A DNA stretch of 64,000 nucleotides from the NCBI GenBank assembly GCA_964354105.1, contig CAYGXM010000001.1, positions 85,392 through 149,391 of the forward strand, in the 5' to 3' direction. Each line of letters begins with the position of its first letter. The stretch's first letter is position 1. Shown piece by piece: positions 58,038-64,000 of the stretch. The DNA is from Candidatus Woesearchaeota archaeon. Lineage in GTDB: Archaea; Nanobdellota; Nanobdellia; UBA10117. The notes beneath the pieces are model-generated. The model saw only the letters and a program-made list of their open reading frames with translations. It was not told the DNA's origin and made no database searches. The translations under genes and the position numbers were made by a program.

Positions 58038-60329
58038 ATGAAGTCTAAGCGAGCTGTATCTGACCTAACCCTTATGATGGGTATAGTCATTGCAATAGCC
58101 ATACTTCTTATTGGCGGGATGGCTACTGTCATCAAGCTGGTTGAAGGCGAAGCAAGAGCAAGCCCAAGGTTTGTTGCTACCGATCTGGTTGCTATTATTA
58201 ATACTGTCCAAGCAGCTCCTGAAATAGCAATATTTGATTTCTTCACGCCCCAAGACGAAAACGGCTATCCAATAATAGGAAGCCTTGAGATAGATGATGA
58301 TGCAAGAAAGCTTTGCGTGAGCAAGAAAACAGAAGATGAAATCATAGGCTCGATAGCAGAATCCGCAGGCATCACAGCCTTCGGAACAGGAGGGCAGTAT
58401 GCCTACGAGACAACCAGGCAGAAATTCAGGACATTTTCGCAAAACAAGCTCATTGACAAGACTTTGCCAAGCCTCAAGGCCAAATATGGCGAAGGCATTC
58501 CTACAACACAGACCGGAAAACTCATATTTGCAAGCGACAATGCAGCAGCCACTGGCATGAAGAGGCTCATCAACAGCGATTTTAAAGTAGTAGATACGCC
58601 AGATATGATACGATTATCACACGCTAGGCATAGGCTTCTTGGGACGTATGATGGCATAGAAATTTTCGACAATGGTGTGGAAACAGCACTGTATCAGCAC
58701 ATAGTTGACGAGCAAGGGCGCAAAGACGTAAGGCTACTTGCAAAATATACTGGTAATCCTTTAATGTTAAAAGATGAAGCAAGGAAAATATCTAGATTTG
58801 CAAAATTTACAGATAGCCAAATGGATGAACTCGTTGATGACATAGATGTTTTGGTAAGAACAGATGGTATAAAAGCGTTTGACAGTAGAACAGAACTAAT
58901 TAGCGGCAATGCTCTCCCTGCTGGTGTGAGAACTAATCTAAAAGACGTTGTTAACGATCTTCATAACGTTGACATTGCGGTTAGCATAGACCCAGAAGCA
59001 AATACGTTGTATAAAGGCGCGACAAAAATACCTAAATGGAAGCTTTGGACGCGATTTAAAAATTGGCGTTCTGCCCGCAGTGCAAATGTTGCCAAAACAG
59101 CAATAGGCATGGAAGCAGGCAAATTCCAGAGAATGAAGGCTTATGGTGGCACAATAATAAGCGGCGTGACAATCATAGCATCTGTTGTTGCTATAGGTTA
59201 TGTTAGCGGAGACTGGAATGAAGCAATTATACAAAGCGCCATACCTTCTATCCTAGCTTTTTCAAGGTCTTTTATCGAAACCGGCGCTTATAAGATATTT
59301 CGTGCATTGATAAGGACAAAAGCGGCGGCGGGTGTGGCAGGAGCAGGCGATAAAGTAGAAGACACTGCTGTCTGTGCAGCCCCTCCTGGTGCAGATGTTG
59401 TAGTTGGTTTAGGCATAAGAGCTGCAAAGGCCACAATCATATTCGCAGATTCATTATACACTACAGCATTAATGGATTGGTGGCTTATAGGCATATATAA
59501 TGGAGCATCAAGTGCTGTCAGCAAAGAAAAGGCAGCAATAGACTGTGAGTCTTTCACGTCAACAAAAAAAGTTCTTCTGACGCCTCCTAATTGCGCTATT
59601 GATTTGGAGGATGGGCCTGCTGTCAAGGAATTAGGGCCATCGTTTAAGGCGCTCGAAGTACAAGTTGGAACTTTAATTGCAACTGTCACTGGCTTGAGCA
59701 TTGTCTGCGCAATGCCAGGCAAAGTGTGCTGCGGTGCTAGGTTTCCAATATACATGGGTACGGTAATGCCACAACTTATTTTGATAGGGGCAAACATATA
59801 TACAAATCAGGATAAATATGCGAAACTTGTAACATCTCCAAGTGATATTATTCCAAGAACTTCATGCAAGCCAACGCCAAATTTAAAAACAGATACGTGC
59901 GACAGGACTTATCTTCAACAGGATTGTCCGAATTGGTATATTTCTGATCCAGGTCTTGGCTCTGTTGCTGCCGGTGCAGTTCTTTTGGAATTAATTAACG
60001 CAGGGCCTGCCTGTGCAGCATTCTCTTGGCTTGGGCTTGTCACGCCTGCCTGCAACATGGGTAGGTATATTGGGATGACTGTTTTGCTTGTAACATTTCC
60101 TGGACAGCTTACAGGTGCAATGCTCCAAGGTTATCAGGTTGGCTTTACCAAAAGCAAAATATCTGCCAAGCCTGCTCCTGAATTAGGCCTGACAGAAGCA
60201 GAATTTGCAGACAATGAAGGCTTCTGGTATGCAGAAATGCCTTTTGCCATAGAATTTACAAAAATTTATACAGACAATACAACATCATTGGACTCGAGGT
60301 CAGGCCATTTCGTAATAAGGAAAGCATAA
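58038..60329 (+). CDS. 763-aa protein: pilin-like N-terminus + soluble domain + polytopic Gly/Ala/Cys-rich membrane region
   Basis: N-terminus MKSKRA|VSDLTLMMGIVIAIAILLIGG, followed later by at least 5 hydrophobic segments. Confidence 0.55.
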   Translation: MKSKRAVSDLTLMMGIVIAIAILLIGGMATVIKLVEGEARASPRFVATDLVAIINTVQAAPEIAIFDFFTPQDENGYPIIGSLEIDDDARKLCVSKKTEDEIIGSIAESAGITAFGTGGQYAYETTRQKFRTFSQNKLIDKTLPSLKAKYGEGIPTTQTGKLIFASDNAAATGMKRLINSDFKVVDTPDMIRLSHARHRLLGTYDGIEIFDNGVETALYQHIVDEQGRKDVRLLAKYTGNPLMLKDEARKISRFAKFTDSQMDELVDDIDVLVRTDGIKAFDSRTELISGNALPAGVRTNLKDVVNDLHNVDIAVSIDPEANTLYKGATKIPKWKLWTRFKNWRSARSANVAKTAIGMEAGKFQRMKAYGGTIISGVTIIASVVAIGYVSGDWNEAIIQSAIPSILAFSRSFIETGAYKIFRALIRTKAAAGVAGAGDKVEDTAVCAAPPGADVVVGLGIRAAKATIIFADSLYTTALMDWWLIGIYNGASSAVSKEKAAIDCESFTSTKKVLLTPPNCAIDLEDGPAVKELGPSFKALEVQVGTLIATVTGLSIVCAMPGKVCCGARFPIYMGTVMPQLILIGANIYTNQDKYAKLVTSPSDIIPRTSCKPTPNLKTDTCDRTYLQQDCPNWYISDPGLGSVAAGAVLLELINAGPACAAFSWLGLVTPACNMGRYIGMTVLLVTFPGQLTGAMLQGYQVGFTKSKISAKPAPELGLTEAEFADNEGFWYAEMPFAIEFTKIYTDNTTSLDSRSGHFVIRKA

Positions 60330-60871
60330 TGAAAATGAAAATAAATAAGAAGGGTGTAGAACAGCCGCAAGTAATTGTATATGTAATCTTTGTAATCATT
60401 CTTACAATAGCAGGAATTTATGTTTCATTTACCAAATTAGGCGGAGTTGATATAACTTTTGAATTCCATGATTTTGCCTCGCGGCTTAATGTTGTTTCAA
60501 CAAAACTGATGTTCACGCCTGAATGCTATGCAGTAGAAAGTAATTACACTGCCGAAGATAAAATTTTGCATTACCAGATAAATGGCGGAATAATCGACTT
60601 GGCAAAATTCAACAAGACAAATACAAACATAATAGATTCAAAATGCCTGTCAGGAGAGAAACAAGTCTGGGCAAGCCTGAAAGAAATTAACAAAGCGTAT
60701 AATGAAACAGTGTGGAGCTGTCCCGGCGGAAGAACTTCCTGTACAGAGCCTTTATGGAATGAAAGAACGGATTCAACATTGTGGAACAAGCAAAAACGCT
60801 CTTTTTTCGTCTTGATTAAAAACGGAAACAAGCTTGACAAGGGAATACTCACGGTGCAGATGAAAGAATAA
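60329..60871 (+). CDS. pilin-like protein
   Basis: N-terminus MKMKINKKG|VEQPQVIVYVIFVIILTIAGIYV. Its start overlaps the upstream stop codon. Confidence 0.55.
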   Translation: MKMKINKKGVEQPQVIVYVIFVIILTIAGIYVSFTKLGGVDITFEFHDFASRLNVVSTKLMFTPECYAVESNYTAEDKILHYQINGGIIDLAKFNKTNTNIIDSKCLSGEKQVWASLKEINKAYNETVWSCPGGRTSCTEPLWNERTDSTLWNKQKRSFFVLIKNGNKLDKGILTVQMKE

Positions 60872-60872
60872 C

Positions 60873-61730
60873 ATGGCAGAAATTAAAAACAAAAGCAGGA
60901 AAGGAAGCGCGGACCTGCTCATAGAAATAATTTTCTCGGCAATTGTCTTCTTTGTAGTTACTATAATTGTTTTTGGCCTGCAGATACCCCAGCAGGAATT
61001 CAAGGCGAGAGCAATTGTGGTCTCTGCAGACTCTGCTGTTGCCTGCGACCTTTCACTAACAAATATGCTGAGGGCAAATACCAGCACAGGCATAACTTAC
61101 AGCGACTGGCTGATGAATGAATATGTAGTTGGAAATGACATCAATGCAAGCGCGTCAGGCAGCTGGAAAAGCATCATGGCCGGTTACCTTGACCAAACAT
61201 TTTCATCGGGGAAATGGGTCATGAACATAACACTGCCAAATGGCACAGTTTTGTTGAACATGGGGGAGCTTAAGGGCAATCCTCCTCTAGAAGCAATTTT
61301 TACATGCATGAATTACGTACCTTATCCTGCAGCTTATTCACAGTATTTCTGCTTCCCAGACATTCCTGAATTTACAGATATAACAAGTGGAAACAAAATA
61401 GCCAAGTTCAAGACGCCTGAAGGAGAAGATGTAGAGTGCGTTATTAATATCAAGCCACGGCTTGAGGTAAAAGCCGCTGCAAAATGCAAGCTTGACCTAG
61501 CAGCTAAAAATCCATTCGAGGAAGATCTGCTGTATTATATTGAAAACACAGACGGCTTGAATGACTCCATTACTTTGCCCATTACAGTTGCGAATTCAGA
61601 TTATACTATAACAGTTTACGAGACAGTTGACGGCCTAAAGGCAAATGCTATTCTAAGAAGAAGCTCCCTGCTTGAGGACTGCTCATTGCACGCAGTCCTG
61701 AAAATAACAAACATATCTGCTCAAATCTAA
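60873..61730 (+). CDS. pilin-like protein
   Basis: N-terminus MAEIKNKSRKG|SADLLIEIIFSAIVFFVVTIIVF. Confidence 0.55.
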   Translation: MAEIKNKSRKGSADLLIEIIFSAIVFFVVTIIVFGLQIPQQEFKARAIVVSADSAVACDLSLTNMLRANTSTGITYSDWLMNEYVVGNDINASASGSWKSIMAGYLDQTFSSGKWVMNITLPNGTVLLNMGELKGNPPLEAIFTCMNYVPYPAAYSQYFCFPDIPEFTDITSGNKIAKFKTPEGEDVECVINIKPRLEVKAAAKCKLDLAAKNPFEEDLLYYIENTDGLNDSITLPITVANSDYTITVYETVDGLKANAILRRSSLLEDCSLHAVLKITNISAQI

Positions 61731-61737
61731 ACGTAAA

Positions 61738-62883
61738 ATGGCACAACAAAAAATAAGGTCGAAAAAAGGACAAGGCCTGGGCTTTGTAGCCGTAATTATA
61801 ATGATAGCGCTGCTTTATTTTGTCTTCAGGTACAACACAGAGGCTTACGAATTTGTTATGGCTGCAGGCCAGCAGCAGGCGCATCTCGTAACAAGCTATG
61901 TTGAAACAGAGAAGGCAAAATTCTTTTCAGAGACTGCAATGGAACAAGCAGCTTATGAAACTGCCTGGAAATTTGGAGCGGCAAACTGCAGCAACTTTAC
62001 AGCAAAAATCTGCAGCAAAAAAGATGATTTTATTGAGAATACCACTGTAATATTTTATGAATATCTTGCTAGATATTCGCCGGGCGTAATTGATTTAGAC
62101 ACATATTTCCCCGATTACAGATTTAGAATAAATAAGTGCGACAAAAATGGAATGGAAATAGAAGCATTTGGCTTTGATGAAAGCTGCTGGCTAAGGCCCG
62201 ATTATCCATTCCCTGAATCTGCCTGCCTTGACCAGGAAAATTCAGAAGACTGTCAAGCAGTCAAGTTTACAGATAAGAAAACAGGCGCGTGCAAGTGGAA
62301 CGATACGGGAAAAGCAAATACCAGTTATTGCTATGAGACAAAACCAGCACCGGACTGCGAATCGATAATTAATAGCGCTAATTGCACAGCCAAAAAGGAT
62401 TTGTTTAACAAGGCAGCATGCTATTGGGAAACATCTTATGCAGAGAACATCAACATCCTGTCGATATCTTTGTCAAATTACCAGTTTGGCATAGATTCTG
62501 ACGCACATTTCATAGAAAATATAGACTGCAAGGGCTATGATGCTTTTGTGGCGACAAGGAAAAACATACAGGCCTTCAGGCCGGTGTGCTCTGTTAAAGT
62601 AGAGCCGCTGACTGGCAACACAACAGACACTTTCATATTTACAATTACTTACAAAGGGGAAACAGAGCCAACATTGAATTTTGGAATATTAAATTCAACA
62701 GGCTCTGAAATCAAAAAACCGAAGTTAGACGAAACAGATAGTACTGATAAGATATATCTTGACGGGAAAACTTATACTGCCGGAAGCTTATTTGCTAGCG
62801 CAGGCAAGTATACTGCAAAAATAAGCTGCAAGGACACTTATGGCAGAACGGATGATGATTCGAAGTCATTCACGGTAACTTAA
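61738..62883 (+). CDS. pilin-like N-terminus + Cys-rich domain + C-terminal Ig/PKD-like domain
   Basis: N-terminus MAQQKIRSKKG|QGLGFVAVIIMIALLYFVF; about 17 Cys. The C-terminus AGKYTAKISCKDTYGRTDDDSKSFTVT looks like a beta-sandwich. Confidence 0.6.
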   Translation: MAQQKIRSKKGQGLGFVAVIIMIALLYFVFRYNTEAYEFVMAAGQQQAHLVTSYVETEKAKFFSETAMEQAAYETAWKFGAANCSNFTAKICSKKDDFIENTTVIFYEYLARYSPGVIDLDTYFPDYRFRINKCDKNGMEIEAFGFDESCWLRPDYPFPESACLDQENSEDCQAVKFTDKKTGACKWNDTGKANTSYCYETKPAPDCESIINSANCTAKKDLFNKAACYWETSYAENINILSISLSNYQFGIDSDAHFIENIDCKGYDAFVATRKNIQAFRPVCSVKVEPLTGNTTDTFIFTITYKGETEPTLNFGILNSTGSEIKKPKLDETDSTDKIYLDGKTYTAGSLFASAGKYTAKISCKDTYGRTDDDSKSFTVT

Positions 62884-62891
62884 GGTTAAAA

Positions 62892-64000
62892 ATGAAAAAA
62901 GGAGCAGTGTCGCAAATCGGGGGCATGTTACTTGTACTGGTCGTGCTCATAGCTGCTTTTATAATATTTTTCGCATTCCAGAGAGGGGCATTCTTCCAGG
63001 AAAAAGTTCAGATTTACCAGGCAATTGAATCAACAGGCGACCTTCCATGCTACAAGGCGCCCGTAGTTTCAATAAACCCTGTAACTTTGATTAGTCCAAA
63101 TGTAAAAGACACTGTAAATCTAAGCGCTTCATTGGGCTCAAGCTGTTTCGAGGCTCTTGACGTGCAGTGGGATTTTAAAGATATAAATCCGCCAGGCACA
63201 GGAACGATAGTAAAGAATGAATGCACTTTTAGTGCAGAGAATAACATTTATGGTATATACAACAATACTACAAACGAGTTTAACCCATTTGGCTGTTCCA
63301 AATTAAATCACACATATAATGCTGAAACAAAGGATATCTGGCAGACTTTTCCAATCACAGTGTCTGCCTTTGGCCTGCGCTCAGGCTCTTATACTGCAGC
63401 AGAAAGCAGCGGCTTTGTAAAAGACCCACTGTTTAAAGTGATTAATACTTCTAAAGTTGATGCAAGTGATTTTTCATGCATAAAGCTGCAAGTTGGAATA
63501 GAACATACAAATATAGCCAACGGCAAGAAAGCAGTCATAAAAGATCCAGGTGCTGAAGATATTTCCCTTGAGTTGTTTGACAAAAGCAAGCTGATAGAGA
63601 TGGAGCATGTTGCTCCGACACCTTCTGTCAGCTCAACAGATATAATTTACAGGGCACCCTGGCAGTCTGGCAACCATAGCATTACATTGACTGCAACAAA
63701 GCAATACCAGACTACAAAGCCTCTGGAGTTAAGCTATGATGTTATATTAGGGCAGAAAACAACAGGAAGGCCTGAAGCAGTTGTGCTAAGAGGCGGAACG
63801 GCAGCAGGAGACATAGGCGTTTACAGTACAAAAGCTCCATATTCATCAGCCCCGATAAACGGAAGCCTGTTTCCTGATGCTGGCGGACATGACCAGAAAG
63901 ATTTCAGCATAGCTGACTTGGATAAGGATAGGGTTGGAGAATTTATTTTCCTAATTGCCTCGGAAACTGACAACGTAAAAGGGCACATACTTGTGCAATC
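62892..64000 (+). CDS. pilin-like N-terminus + PKD-like and FG-GAP/VCBS-like segments (3' partial, runs off the window)
   Basis: No stop codon from ATG 62892 to the window end; absent from the ORF track. N-terminus MKKG|AVSQIGGMLLVLVVLIAAFIIFF. PKD-like VQWDF...LNHTYNAE...FPITVSA. FG-GAP-like DFSIADLDKDRVGEFIF. Confidence 0.6.
   Translation, partial: MKKGAVSQIGGMLLVLVVLIAAFIIFFAFQRGAFFQEKVQIYQAIESTGDLPCYKAPVVSINPVTLISPNVKDTVNLSASLGSSCFEALDVQWDFKDINPPGTGTIVKNECTFSAENNIYGIYNNTTNEFNPFGCSKLNHTYNAETKDIWQTFPITVSAFGLRSGSYTAAESSGFVKDPLFKVINTSKVDASDFSCIKLQVGIEHTNIANGKKAVIKDPGAEDISLELFDKSKLIEMEHVAPTPSVSSTDIIYRAPWQSGNHSITLTATKQYQTTKPLELSYDVILGQKTTGRPEAVVLRGGTAAGDIGVYSTKAPYSSAPINGSLFPDAGGHDQKDFSIADLDKDRVGEFIFLIASETDNVKGHILVQ

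Noticed and set aside
1-64000. Search for CRISPR arrays, rRNA, transposases, integrases and prophage hallmarks
   Set aside because: I saw no regularly spaced direct repeats, no rRNA-like conserved stretches, and no DDE, tyrosine or serine recombinase motifs among the ORFs. The dispersed repeats are irregular and intergenic.

Overview
Low-GC, gene-dense archaeal sequence. Archaeal hallmarks are FEN1, aEF-1beta with its upstream Zn-ribbon gene, diphthine synthase, Trm5, TruD/Pus7, SMC-ScpAB, BRE/TATA promoters about 30 nt upstream of ATG codons, and class III signal peptides. Many 4-nt ATGA gene overlaps, multi-intron tRNAs and a high ORFan content suggest a reduced, DPANN-like lineage; this is inference only. 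Housekeeping content: smc-M50 protease-scpA-scpB operon, rnhB, five tRNAs (initiator Met with three predicted introns, Gly-CCC, Val-GAC with a D-arm intron, Leu-TAG, Trp-CCA next to trpS), a class II aldolase, truD, a DedA protein, fen, trm5 and dph5. Cell-surface genes include a putative S-layer protein, a lamin-tail-domain protein, a processive GT2, a GT4, a polysaccharide deacetylase and a DUF1624 acyltransferase. The main finding is a locus of at least 20 kb (43.5 kb to the window end). It has a FlaI/PilB-family ATPase and a FlaJ/TadC-like platform, followed by about 14 same-strand genes with prepilin-like (class III) N-termini. These N-termini are fused to ectodomains from 50 aa to more than 700 aa: Cys-rich, PKD/Ig-like, or polytopic. 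A 1052-aa Kelch-like two-TM protein and a GT4 gene are embedded in it. I interpret this as an expanded type IV filament or surface-display system, possibly for host attachment. Other notable items are a 5-gene overlapping operon (two P-loop NTPases, CYTH, two unknowns), an RHH + LAGLIDADG cassette abutting the intron-rich initiator tRNA, several intergenic repeat/hairpin families, and unannotated small ORFs (RHH, AbrB-like, Zn-ribbon, micro-TM proteins). I saw no rRNA, CRISPR array, transposase or integrase. All calls come from reading motifs by eye; no searches were run.
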